DNA of 64,000 bases from NCBI GenBank assembly GCA_963833115.1, contig CAWHWS010000002.1, forward strand, positions 368,173-432,172, read 5' to 3'. Under the pieces are notes generated by a model that worked only from the letters and a program-made list of their open reading frames with translations, ran no database searches and had not been told where the DNA came from. Shown here piece by piece: positions 50,147-59,170 of this stretch. Every line of letters starts with the position of its first letter. Position 1 is the stretch's first letter. Source of the stretch: an uncultured Alphaproteobacteria bacterium. Lineage in GTDB: Bacteria; Pseudomonadota; Alphaproteobacteria; Rhodobacterales; Rhodobacteraceae. A program made the translations under genes and the position numbers.

Positions 50147-50274
50147 GTGAACATATGGACTGCTCCCGTCACGTTTGTACGCCGCCGGCATCCTGTCAAG
50201 CGATGGATACGCCGCGCTGCGGCGAGACCGTCGCGGGGCGCCGGCGATCATGACCGCTGGACGGTGAACAATTG
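50147..50274. promoter_or_regulatory. Divergent promoter with two GTGAACAWWTG direct repeats and a minus-strand TTGACA
   Basis: GTGAACATATG at 50147-50157, GTGAACAATTG at 50264-50274, TGTCAA at 50194-50199. Confidence 0.5.
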
Positions 50275-50332
50275 CGTTGGTACGACTGCAAGGGTTCAGG
50301 ACCACCGGGACGCCGCCCAACGGAGGAGCGCC

Positions 50333-51664
50333 ATGTCATCCAACGTCGCCCTGACCGGGCTCGCCCGCGACCTCGCGGCCCGTGCGGATGCCGGACGGCC
50401 GGTGCGGATCGGCCTCGTCGGCTCGGGCGAGATGGGGACCGACATCGTCACCCGCGCCGGGCTGATGGACGGGGTCGAGGTCGCCGCCATCGCCGACATC
50501 GACCCCGCCGCCGCGCATCGCGCGGTGGAGATCGCGCGGCGCGCGGGGGGGTGCAGCCGCGACGCGCCGGACGCGGGCGCCGTGAACGCCGCGATCGAGG
50601 CCGGGCTGACCGCCGTGACGACCGCCGACGCGATGCTGGACTCCGGCCTGATCGACGTGGTGATCGACGCGACCGGCGTGCCCGCGGTCGGCGCCGAGAT
50701 CGGGCTCGCGGCGATGGAGCGGGGCAAGCACCTGGTGATGATGAACGTCGAGGCCGACGTGACCATCGGCGTCTATCTCGCGGCCGAGGCCGAGCGCCTG
50801 GGCGTGGTCTACTCCCTCGGCGCGGGCGACGAGCCGTCCTCCTGCATGGAGCTGATCGAGTTCGCCTCCGCGATGGGCCATCGCATCGTGTGTGCGGGCA
50901 AGGGCAAGAACAATCCCCTGAACTTCGACGCCCTGCCGGACGACTACGCCGACGAGGCCGCCGCCCGGCACATGAACCCCCGGATGCTGGTGGAGTTCGT
51001 GGACGGATCGAAGACGATGGTGGAGATGGTCGCCATCGCCAACGCGACCGGGCTGGTCCCCGACGTGGACGGCATGCACGGCCCCGCCGCCGGGCCGAAG
51101 GACCTGTCCCGCGTGCTGGTCCCAGAGCGGGACGGCGGCATCCTGTCGGGCGCCGGCCGGGTGGACTACTCGGTGGGCCAGGGCCTCGCGCCCGGCGTCT
51201 TCGTCGTGATCGAGGCGGAGCATCCTCGCATCCGCGAGCGCCTGCGCGACCTCAAGATGGGCGACGGGCCCTACTTCACGTTCATCCGCCCCTACCACCT
51301 GACCTCCCTGGAGGTTCCCCTGACCTGCGCGCGCGCGGTGCTCCACGGCCGCGCGGACATGGTGCCGATGGCGCGGCCGGTGGCCGAGGTCGCGGCCGTC
51401 GCCAAGCGCGACCTCGCCCCCGGCGACACGCTCGACCTGCTCGGCGAGTACACCTACCGCGCCTGGGCGATGGAGGCCGGCCGCGCGCGCGGCCTCGGCG
51501 CGCGGCCGGCGGGGCTCCTGCCCGGCTGCACCGTGACGGCGGCGATCGCGAAGGGCGAGCTCCTGACGGACCGCAACACCGCCCTGCCCCCGGGCTCGCG
51601 CATCGCCGCCCTGCGCGCCCGCCAGGACGCCATGGTGCACGGCCGGGAGCCCGCCCATGCCTGA
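50333..51664 (+). CDS. Type II DXP reductoisomerase (DRL/DXR-II; NAD-binding homoserine-dehydrogenase-like domain plus C-terminal SAF domain)
   Basis: [84 protein letters not shown]: long stretches match Brucella abortus DRL as I recall it, including the GDE, KGK and KTMVE metal/substrate residues. Confidence 0.85.
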   Translation: MSSNVALTGLARDLAARADAGRPVRIGLVGSGEMGTDIVTRAGLMDGVEVAAIADIDPAAAHRAVEIARRAGGCSRDAPDAGAVNAAIEAGLTAVTTADAMLDSGLIDVVIDATGVPAVGAEIGLAAMERGKHLVMMNVEADVTIGVYLAAEAERLGVVYSLGAGDEPSSCMELIEFASAMGHRIVCAGKGKNNPLNFDALPDDYADEAAARHMNPRMLVEFVDGSKTMVEMVAIANATGLVPDVDGMHGPAAGPKDLSRVLVPERDGGILSGAGRVDYSVGQGLAPGVFVVIEAEHPRIRERLRDLKMGDGPYFTFIRPYHLTSLEVPLTCARAVLHGRADMVPMARPVAEVAAVAKRDLAPGDTLDLLGEYTYRAWAMEAGRARGLGARPAGLLPGCTVTAAIAKGELLTDRNTALPPGSRIAALRARQDAMVHGREPAHA

Positions 51665-52667
51665 CGGCCCCGACGCCAACCTGCCCTACGCGGTCCGCGC
51701 CTACGCGCCCGAGCGGCTGGTGGAGGCCCTGCGCCGGATGCGCCTCATCCGCGCCTTCGAGGAGGGCGCCGAGGAGAGCTACACGCGCGGCCTGATCCAC
51801 GGGACCATGCACCTGAGCATCGGCCAGGAGGCGTCGGCGGTCGGCTCGTGCATGGCGCTGACGGACGAGGACAAGATCACCTCGACCCATCGGGGCCACG
51901 GGCACTGCATCGCCAAGGGCGCCGACCTCGGCCGGATGTTCGCGGAGTTCTTCGGCAAGGAGACGGGCTATTGCAGGGGCCGGGGCGGCTCGATGCACAT
52001 CGCCGACGTGGCCAAGGGCAATCTCGGCGCCAACGGCATCGTCGGCGGCGGCCTGCCCATCGCGGTCGGGGCCGCGCTCTCGGCCAGGCGGCTCGGGACG
52101 GGGGCGGTCACGGTCTGCTTCTTCGGCGACGGGGCGGGCAACGAGGGCGCGTTCCACGAGGCGCTGAACATGGCGTCGATCTGGCGGCTGCCGGTCGTCT
52201 TCGTCTGCGAGAACAACCTCTACGGCATGTCCACGTCGACCGAGCGTTCGACCGCGGTGCGCCATGTCGCCGACCGGGCCGCCGCGTACTCGATGCCGGG
52301 CGTCACCGTCGACGGCAACGACTTCTCGGCCGTGACCGAGGCCGTCGACGCCGCCGTCGCCCGCGCGCGGGCCGGCGACGGGCCGAGCCTGGTCGAGAAC
52401 CTGACCTATCGCTGGCGCGGGCACTCCAAGTCCGACCGCAACCGCTACCGAACCAAGGAGGAGATCGCCGAATGGCAGGGGCGCGACCCCATCGCGCGGA
52501 TGACGGACATGCTGCGCGCCCACGGGATCGTCGATGACGACGCCGTGGCCGGGATCGAGGCCGAGGTGGCCGAGACGGTCGCCGCCGCCATCGCCTTCGC
52601 GAAGGACAGCCCCGCGCCCGACACCGCCGAGGCCGCGCGCGACGTCGACACCGGGGCGGCCGCGTGA
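51657..52667 (+). CDS. acoA: TPP-dependent dehydrogenase E1 alpha (AcoA-like)
   Basis: [36 protein letters not shown] motif, YRWRGHS. Confidence 0.88.
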   Translation: MPDGPDANLPYAVRAYAPERLVEALRRMRLIRAFEEGAEESYTRGLIHGTMHLSIGQEASAVGSCMALTDEDKITSTHRGHGHCIAKGADLGRMFAEFFGKETGYCRGRGGSMHIADVAKGNLGANGIVGGGLPIAVGAALSARRLGTGAVTVCFFGDGAGNEGAFHEALNMASIWRLPVVFVCENNLYGMSTSTERSTAVRHVADRAAAYSMPGVTVDGNDFSAVTEAVDAAVARARAGDGPSLVENLTYRWRGHSKSDRNRYRTKEEIAEWQGRDPIARMTDMLRAHGIVDDDAVAGIEAEVAETVAAAIAFAKDSPAPDTAEAARDVDTGAAA

Positions 52668-53674
52668 ACGCGCCCGCCGGGGCGATGCTCCGCGAGCTGA
52701 GCTATGCCGAGGCGATCCGCGAGGCGATGGACATCGCGCTCGGCGAGGACCCGCGCGTGATCCTGATGGGCGAGGACATCGGCGTCTACGGCGGCGCCTT
52801 CGGCGTGACCGGCGACCTGGTGGCCAAGTACGGCGAGGAGCGGGTGATGGACACGCCCATCTCCGAGCTGGGCGGCGCCGGGGTGGCGGTGGGCGCGGCG
52901 CTCACGGGGCTGCGCCCGATCTTCGAGTTCCAGTTCTCCGACTTCGCGGCGCTGGCGATGGAGCAGATCGTCAACCAGGCCGCCAAGCTGCGCTACATGC
53001 TGGGCGGCGCGGTGTCCGTGCCCCTGGTGATGCGCTTTCCGGCCGGGTCCGGGACCGGCGCGGCCGCGCAGCATTCCCAGAGCCTCGAGGCGTGGTTCGG
53101 CCACGTGCCGGGCCTGAAGGTGGTGCAGCCCTCCACCCCCGAGGACGCCAAGGGCCTCCTGCTGGCCGCGCTGGACGATCCCGACCCGGTGATGATCTTC
53201 GAGCACAAGATCCTCTACAAGATGCGCGGCCCCGTGCCCGAGGGGCGCTACGTGACGCCCATCGGCCGCGCGGCGGTGCGGCGCGAGGGGCGGGATCTGA
53301 CGATCGTGGCCACCGCGATCATGGTGCACAAGGCGCTGGAGGCCGCCGGCACGCTGGCCGAGGACGGCATCGAGGCCGAGGTGATCGACCTGCGCACCGT
53401 GCGCCCGATGGACCGGGAGACGGTGCTGGCCTCGGTCCGTCGCACGGGCCGTCTGCTCGTGGTCTACGAGGGGGTCAAGACGCTGGGCGTGGGCGCCGAG
53501 GTCAGCGCGATGGTCGCCGAGAGCGACGCGTTCGACTTCCTCGACGCGCCCATCGTGCGGCTCGGCGGGGCCGAGAGCCCGATCCCCTACAATCCCGAGC
53601 TCGAGCGCGCGGTCGTCCCGCAGGTGCCGGACATCCTCGAGGCCGCGCGGGCCTTGGCACGGGGCCGCGTCTGA
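52664..53674 (+). CDS. acoB: TPP-dependent dehydrogenase E1 beta (AcoB-like)
   Basis: [37 protein letters not shown]. Confidence 0.88.
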   Translation: MNAPAGAMLRELSYAEAIREAMDIALGEDPRVILMGEDIGVYGGAFGVTGDLVAKYGEERVMDTPISELGGAGVAVGAALTGLRPIFEFQFSDFAALAMEQIVNQAAKLRYMLGGAVSVPLVMRFPAGSGTGAAAQHSQSLEAWFGHVPGLKVVQPSTPEDAKGLLLAALDDPDPVMIFEHKILYKMRGPVPEGRYVTPIGRAAVRREGRDLTIVATAIMVHKALEAAGTLAEDGIEAEVIDLRTVRPMDRETVLASVRRTGRLLVVYEGVKTLGVGAEVSAMVAESDAFDFLDAPIVRLGGAESPIPYNPELERAVVPQVPDILEAARALARGRV

Positions 53675-55026
53675 TGCCGACCGAGGTCATCATGCCCAAG
53701 GTCGACATGGACATGGCGACCGGCCGCATCGTGGCCTGGCATTGCGAGGACGGGGCGCCGGTGGAGAAGGGCATGCCCCTCTTCGACATCGAGACCGACA
53801 AGGCCGCGATGGAGATCGAGGCGCCCGCGAGCGGGCTGCTCCGCCACCGCGTCCCAGAAGGGACCGAGCGGCCCATCGGCGCGCCGGTCGCCTGGCTCTA
53901 CGCGCCGGACGAGCCGGTCGGAGACGCGCCGCCGGATGGCGAGGGGGCCGCGGCCGGCCCCGGACCGTCGCGGAGCGGCGCCCGGCCCGGCGGCGCGCCG
54001 GCCGACGATGCCCTGGCGGATGCGGGGACGGCCGCGCCCCCGGTCGCGGACGGGCCGACCTCGTCCCATCCGCCGGACCGCCCGCGCGCCACGCCCAGAG
54101 CCAGGCGCCGCGCCCGGGAGGCGGGGATCGACCTCGCGGGGCTGCCTGGCACGGGCCCGAGGGGGCGCGTCCAGGCGCGCGACGTCCCCGGCGCCCGGCA
54201 CGAGGATCCCGAGGCGACCGAAGGCCGGAGGTCCCGGGCGCGCGCGCCCGCGGCCCCCGCCGGGACGCCGGCCGCGGACGGTCCCCTGCGCGTCCTCCGC
54301 AGCGGCGCCGGCACCGGCACGCCCGTCGTCCTGCTGCACGGGTTCGCCTCCGACGCCGCCATCTGGACGCCCCTGGAGGAGCACCTCGACCGCCCCCCCC
54401 TGATCCGGATCGAGCTGCCGGGCCATGGCGGCTCGCCGCGCCGCGCCCCGGCGACCTTCGCGGCCCTGGCCAAGGCGCTGCGCGAGGCCTTCGACGACCT
54501 GCACCTCGAGGCCGCGCACCTGGTCGGGCACAGCCTGGGCGGCGCCCTCGCCCTCGCGATCGCCGACACCCGTCCCAGGTGCGTCCGCAGCGTCAGCCTG
54601 ATCGCGCCCGCCGGGCTGGGCCCGCAGGTCAACGGCGAGGCGCTGTCGGGCATCTGCCGCGCCGCCCGGGCCGAGAGCCTCGCGCCCTGGCTGCGCGTGC
54701 TGGTCGCCGACGAGCGGATCGTGACCGACGGCTACGCCCGGGCCGCCATGGCCGCACGGCGCGATCCGGACCTGCGCGCGGCGCAGGCCGCCATGGCGGA
54801 CGCGCTCTTCCCCGACGGCGTCCAGGCCTTCGACCTCCGCGCCGCCCTGCGCCGGCTGGAGGTGCCGTCCCGCATCGTCTGGGGGAAACGCGACCGGATC
54901 CTGCCATGGCGGCAGGCCCTGTGCGCGGGCGGCGGCACCGCGCTGCACCTCTTCGAGGGGATCGGGCACATGCCGCAGATCGAGGCGCCGGAGGCGATCG
55001 GCCGCCTCCTCGCGGCCGGATTCTGA
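53674..55026 (+). CDS. acoC: AcoC-type E2: lipoyl domain, subunit-binding domain and alpha/beta-hydrolase acetyltransferase
   Basis: [10 protein letters not shown] lipoyl Lys, [36 protein letters not shown]. Confidence 0.85.
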   Translation: MPTEVIMPKVDMDMATGRIVAWHCEDGAPVEKGMPLFDIETDKAAMEIEAPASGLLRHRVPEGTERPIGAPVAWLYAPDEPVGDAPPDGEGAAAGPGPSRSGARPGGAPADDALADAGTAAPPVADGPTSSHPPDRPRATPRARRRAREAGIDLAGLPGTGPRGRVQARDVPGARHEDPEATEGRRSRARAPAAPAGTPAADGPLRVLRSGAGTGTPVVLLHGFASDAAIWTPLEEHLDRPPLIRIELPGHGGSPRRAPATFAALAKALREAFDDLHLEAAHLVGHSLGGALALAIADTRPRCVRSVSLIAPAGLGPQVNGEALSGICRAARAESLAPWLRVLVADERIVTDGYARAAMAARRDPDLRAAQAAMADALFPDGVQAFDLRAALRRLEVPSRIVWGKRDRILPWRQALCAGGGTALHLFEGIGHMPQIEAPEAIGRLLAAGF

Positions 55027-55038
55027 GGCGGACGGCCC

Positions 55039-56019
55039 GTGGACCAGGACATCGCCCTGGGGGCCCGGGGCATCTCCGGCCGCCACCGGTCGCTGCGCGT
55101 GCGGGCCGCGTGGCTCTACCATGTCGAGGGGATGACCCAGACCGAGGTGGCGGCGACCCTGGGCGTGAGCCGCGTCATGATCACGCGCCTGCTGGCCGAA
55201 GCCCGCGCGCGGGGCGAGGTCGTCATCCGCGTGCGCTCGGAGATCGCCCCGATCGTGGAGCTGGAACGCGACCTCGAGGGGCGCTTCGCCCTGCGCCGCG
55301 CGGTCGTCGCGCCCTTCGAGGCCATGGGGGGCGATCCGGTCCGGTCGATCGCCGCGGCCGCCGGCGCGCACGTCTCGGGGCTGATGGCCAACAACCTCAC
55401 GATCGGCGTCGGCTGGGGGCGCACGCTGCAGGCGATGCTGCCGCACCTCGAGGGCCGGGCGCTGAACGGCGTGCGCGTCGTGTCCCTGCTGGGCGGGATC
55501 GCGCAGGCGCGCCGCTTCAATCCGGCCGAGTTCGCCTGGCAGTTCGCGGAGCTGTTCGACGCCGAGGGCTACCTCATCCCCGCGCCCGCGATCGTCGACT
55601 CGCCCAGGACGCGCCATGCTCTGCTGGAGCACTGCGGGCTCGACCAGATATTCGAGATGGCGGCGACCTGCGACGTCGCTCTGCTGTCCTGCGGCGGGAT
55701 CGACGCGCTGACGACCTCCTACAGGGTCGGCTACGTCTCGGAGGCCGAGCGGCAGTCGATGATCCGGGCGGGCGTCGTCGGCGACGTGCTCTACAACTTC
55801 CTCGATGCCGAAGGGCGGCTCGTCGATCATCCGGTGAACGAGCGCGTGATCGGCATGTCGCCCGCCCGCCTCGGCCGCGTCGAGAACAAGATCCTCGTCT
55901 CCGGCGGACGGGAGAAGCTCGACATCCTGCGCGGCGCCCTGAAGTCGGTGCGGCCGCAGACCCTGATCACCGATGAGGTCACCGGCCGATCGCTGATGGA
56001 CGGACCGGACGGCGACTGA
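55039..56019 (+). CDS. SorC/DeoR-family sugar-phosphate-binding transcriptional regulator
   Basis: AAWLYHVEGMTQTEVAATLGVSRVMITRLL HTH; GVGWGRT; AGVVGDVL. Confidence 0.92.
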   Translation: MDQDIALGARGISGRHRSLRVRAAWLYHVEGMTQTEVAATLGVSRVMITRLLAEARARGEVVIRVRSEIAPIVELERDLEGRFALRRAVVAPFEAMGGDPVRSIAAAAGAHVSGLMANNLTIGVGWGRTLQAMLPHLEGRALNGVRVVSLLGGIAQARRFNPAEFAWQFAELFDAEGYLIPAPAIVDSPRTRHALLEHCGLDQIFEMAATCDVALLSCGGIDALTTSYRVGYVSEAERQSMIRAGVVGDVLYNFLDAEGRLVDHPVNERVIGMSPARLGRVENKILVSGGREKLDILRGALKSVRPQTLITDEVTGRSLMDGPDGD

Positions 56020-56242
56020 CCGCATCGGGCCGGTGACGGTCCCTGCGAGCGGGGCCGGATCGGCGACGCGACCGAGGATGATGGCTGAGCCGGAGGCAGC
56101 CGAAGACATCCGCAAGGGTCCGATGGATGGGTGTCCCGCCTGGTCCAGGATTTCGTACGTGGCGAGGAGAGACGCCGCGACGACCGAGACGCGGCCATGA
56201 TGCGGCACCTTGGATGCGCTCGGCGATGAAGGCGATGGAGGG

Positions 56243-56618
56243 GGCCCTGTCGCTCGACGCGCCTGAAGGCCGGACCTCCCCTTTCCCCATGGGGATCGGC
56301 CGACGGGCCGCGTGACGGGGGCGCTCGGGGCGGTGAGGCGGCGATGACGACCGGCCCGAAGAGGACCTCGATCGTCGGGCACGCCTGGATCGCCGCGTCC
56401 CGGAAAGGTCCGCCGCCGGCCGCGCTTGCCCGGCGGCCTCCCATACCAGGTCATGCCGGGTCGAACCGGACCGTCCGCGACCCGCGCTCACGCGGCGACG
56501 CCTCGTACGCGGCCCAGTTCAGGGTGCGGTGGCGGGTGGGCGCGGGCTTGGACAGGCCGCCCGGCCATGTCGCTGAAGCCCCGATGCGCCTCCCAGGCAG
56601 GCCTCGCGCGACAGGGCC
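56243..56618 (-). mobile_element. IS5-family (IS903-type) miniature element, copy C
   Basis: Terminal inverted repeats GGCCCTGTCGCTCG / GGCCCTGTCGCGCG (13 of 14 match); colinear with copies A and B. Confidence 0.85.
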
Positions 56619-56711
56619 GTTCGTGGACGGTTATGCGTCTGCGACCGCGCTCCGGATCGCGCCGCCTGTCGCGCCCGTGCGTTGCGCGGGCGGGCCCTCC
56701 GGCGCGCGGTC

Positions 56712-56755
56712 CATGCGCATGGGATGTGCATGCGATGTGCACCCGTTGTGCATCC
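56712..56755 (+). repeat. Four 11-bp direct repeats (consensus GATGTGCATSC)
   Basis: CATGCGCATGG, GATGTGCATGC, GATGTGCACCC, GTTGTGCATCC in tandem upstream of the DUF4170 gene. Confidence 0.7.
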
Positions 56756-56796
56756 CCCGTGCGGGCCGATATCAGGGGCGCGAAGGAGGCCCGCCC

Positions 56797-57042
56797 ATGA
56801 CCCAGCGCCTGCACCTCGTCTTCGGCGGCGAGCTCGTCGATCCCGCGAAGAACGTGTTCAAGGACCCGTCCGCCATCCACATGGTCGGCATGTTCCCGGA
56901 CTACGCGACGGCCTATTCGGCCTGGAAATCCGAGGCCCAGCGCACCGTGGACAACGCCCACATGCGCTACTTCATCGCCCATATCCACCGCCTCAGGGAC
57001 GAGGAGCAGCCCGCCTCCCCGACCGAGGAGCTCGGCCACTGA
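56797..57042 (+). CDS. DUF4170 family protein
   Basis: AAGGAGG RBS; LHLVFGGEL..VGMFPDY..AWKSEAQRTVDNAHMRYFI. Confidence 0.9.
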   Translation: MTQRLHLVFGGELVDPAKNVFKDPSAIHMVGMFPDYATAYSAWKSEAQRTVDNAHMRYFIAHIHRLRDEEQPASPTEELGH

Positions 57043-57104
57043 CCAAGCCCCCCGAGGGGGCGGCGCGCGGGCAGGGACGCGGGGGGGCATCGCCCTCCAT
57101 CGCC

Positions 57105-58208
57105 TTGCGCGCGCTGCGATTCTGGCAGGGCACCGGCCCCGCGGCGCGCGCCCCCGTCGCCGAGCCCGCGACCGACGAGCTGCGCCTGTGGGTCCATCTG
57201 GGCGCCCGCTCGGCCGGCCTTCTGCCGCCCCTGATCGCCAGGATCGAGGCGCTCGCCGAGATGCCGGTGCGCGCGGTCCTGACCGGCGCCGCGCAGCCCC
57301 TCGACCCGGCGCCGCGCCTGCCCCTGCCAGAGGCCGACGACATCCCCGCCTTCCTCGCCGCGCACGGCGTCGCCGCGGTCCTGTGGGCCGCGCCCCCGCT
57401 CGGCCCCGTGCGCCTGGACGCCGCCCTAGCGCGGCCGGTCATCGTCCTGCCCATGCCCGATCCCGCCGCCGCGGTTCCCGGCGGGCCGCTCCGCCGGCGC
57501 GCGGCGGGCGACGCCCTCGGCCGCTGCACGCTCCTCGCCGCCGGCGCCGAGGAGGCTCGCGCCCTGCGACGTATCGTCCGGCCGGGCCTGCGCGTCACCG
57601 CCATCGGCGCGCTGCAGGACGGGGTCGCCGTCCCGGCGCACGACGAGGCCCGCCGCGCCGCGCTCGCCGCGGTCCTCGCCGGCCGGCCGGTCTGGTTCGC
57701 CGCCGCCTGCCCGCCCGACGCGCGGGGTGCGGTGCTGTCGGCGCACGCCGCCCTCATGGCGCGCATCCACCGCGCCGTCCTCGTCATGGAGACGCCCGAC
57801 GCGGCCGGGGGCGCGAGGCCGGACCCGCAGGATGGCGTGATCCGCGTGCCCGAAGGCGCCGAGCGGGGCCTGTGGTACCGCATCGCGCCGCTCACCCTGA
57901 TGGCCGACACGTTCCGCCCCGGCGGCACCGCCGATCCCCTCGAGCCCGCGGCCCTCGGCTCGGCGGTGCTGCACGGGCCGGCCCCCTCGGGGCGGGACGG
58001 GGCCTACGCCCGGCTCGCCGCCGCCGGCGCCGCCCGGCGGGTTCCCGGGCCGGGCGCGATCGCCGCCGCGGTGGAGGACATGCTCCAGCCCGAGGCCGCC
58101 GCCCGCCAGGCCGGCGCCGCCTGGGCCGAGGTCACCCTCGGCGCCGGAGGCACGGACCGCGCCGCCGCCGCCGTGGTGGAGGCGCTCGAGGACGCCGGGA
58201 TCCTGTGA
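57105..58208 (+). CDS. waaA: Divergent Kdo transferase KdtA/WaaA
   Basis: LWVH, PVWFAA, LWYRIAP, DPLEPAALGSAVLHGP; upstream of lpxK; start uncertain (first canonical start is TTG 57105). Confidence 0.7.
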   Translation: MRALRFWQGTGPAARAPVAEPATDELRLWVHLGARSAGLLPPLIARIEALAEMPVRAVLTGAAQPLDPAPRLPLPEADDIPAFLAAHGVAAVLWAAPPLGPVRLDAALARPVIVLPMPDPAAAVPGGPLRRRAAGDALGRCTLLAAGAEEARALRRIVRPGLRVTAIGALQDGVAVPAHDEARRAALAAVLAGRPVWFAAACPPDARGAVLSAHAALMARIHRAVLVMETPDAAGGARPDPQDGVIRVPEGAERGLWYRIAPLTLMADTFRPGGTADPLEPAALGSAVLHGPAPSGRDGAYARLAAAGAARRVPGPGAIAAAVEDMLQPEAAARQAGAAWAEVTLGAGGTDRAAAAVVEALEDAGIL

Positions 58209-59170
58209 AGGCGCCCGCGTTCTGGCAGGCCGGCGGCCCGCTCGCCGCGGCCCTCGCGCCGCTGGGCGCCGTCTACGCCGCGGCGACGGCCCGGCGCGTC
58301 GCCAGGCCTGGCCAGCGCCTCGGCGTGCCGGTGATCTGCGCGGGCAACCTGACCGCGGGCGGCGCCGGCAAGACGCCGACCGTTCTGTACCTCCTCGGAC
58401 GCCTCGCGGCGCGGGGCTCCACCGCGCATGTCGTCCTGCGCGGCCATGGCGGCACGGAGCGCGGCCCCCTGCGCGTCGATCCCGAGCGGCACGGCCCGGG
58501 CCGCGTCGGCGACGAGGCGCTCCTCCTCGCCGCCCTCGCCCCGACCTGGGTGTCGCGGAACCGCGCGGCCGGCGGGCGGGCGGCCGAGGCGGCAGGCGCG
58601 GACGCGGTCCTGCTCGACGACGGGTTCCAGAACCCGTCGCTCGCCAAGGACCTCTCGATCCTGGTGATCGACGCGCAGGCCGGCTTCGGCAACGGCCGAT
58701 GCCTCCCCGCCGGGCCGCTCCGCGAGCCGCCGGAGGCCGGGCGCGCCCGCGCGGACCTCGCGCTGCTGATCGGCCCGCCGGACGCCCGCGCCGCCGCTCG
58801 CGGCCTCGCCGGACGCCTGCCCGTGGCGGAGGGCGAGATCGCGCCGCTGCGCACCGGGATGGGCTGGGCCGGCCTGCGCGTCCTGGCTTTCGCGGGCATC
58901 GGGCGGCCGGAGAAGTTCTTCGCCACCCTGCGCGCCCTCGGGGCCGAGATCGTCGGCGCCGTCCCGCTGGCGGACCACGCCCCCCTGACCCCGGCCCTGA
59001 TGCGCCGCCTGACCGCGCGGGCCGGCGCCGCGCACGCGCGCCTGGTGTGCACGGAGAAGGACGCCGTGCGCCTGCCGGAGGCCTGGCGCGGCGAGGTCCT
59101 GATCCTGCCCGTCCGGCTCGAGATGGCCGACGACGCGGCGCTCGAGGCGGCGCTGGACGCGCTCTTCTAG
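58205..59170 (+). CDS. lpxK: Tetraacyldisaccharide 4'-kinase
   Basis: GNLTAGGAGKTP, VGDEALLL, LDDGFQNP, FAGIGRPEKFF, CTEKDAVR. Confidence 0.95.
   Translation: MKAPAFWQAGGPLAAALAPLGAVYAAATARRVARPGQRLGVPVICAGNLTAGGAGKTPTVLYLLGRLAARGSTAHVVLRGHGGTERGPLRVDPERHGPGRVGDEALLLAALAPTWVSRNRAAGGRAAEAAGADAVLLDDGFQNPSLAKDLSILVIDAQAGFGNGRCLPAGPLREPPEAGRARADLALLIGPPDARAAARGLAGRLPVAEGEIAPLRTGMGWAGLRVLAFAGIGRPEKFFATLRALGAEIVGAVPLADHAPLTPALMRRLTARAGAAHARLVCTEKDAVRLPEAWRGEVLILPVRLEMADDAALEAALDALF

Noticed and set aside
50333-51664. Annotation as homoserine dehydrogenase
   Set aside because: Has a SAF tail and DRL-specific motifs rather than homoserine dehydrogenase signatures
56020-56242. Lower-GC scrap between the SorC gene and element C, possibly another IS or gene fragment
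   Set aside because: No frame gave a motif I could assign
30271-56627. Composite transposon with target-site duplication flanking copies A and C
   Set aside because: Outer 9-mers GCCCACGCC and GTTCGTGGA do not match
56712-56755. CRISPR-like array
   Set aside because: 11-bp contiguous units without spacers; no cas genes; no CRISPR array seen anywhere in the window
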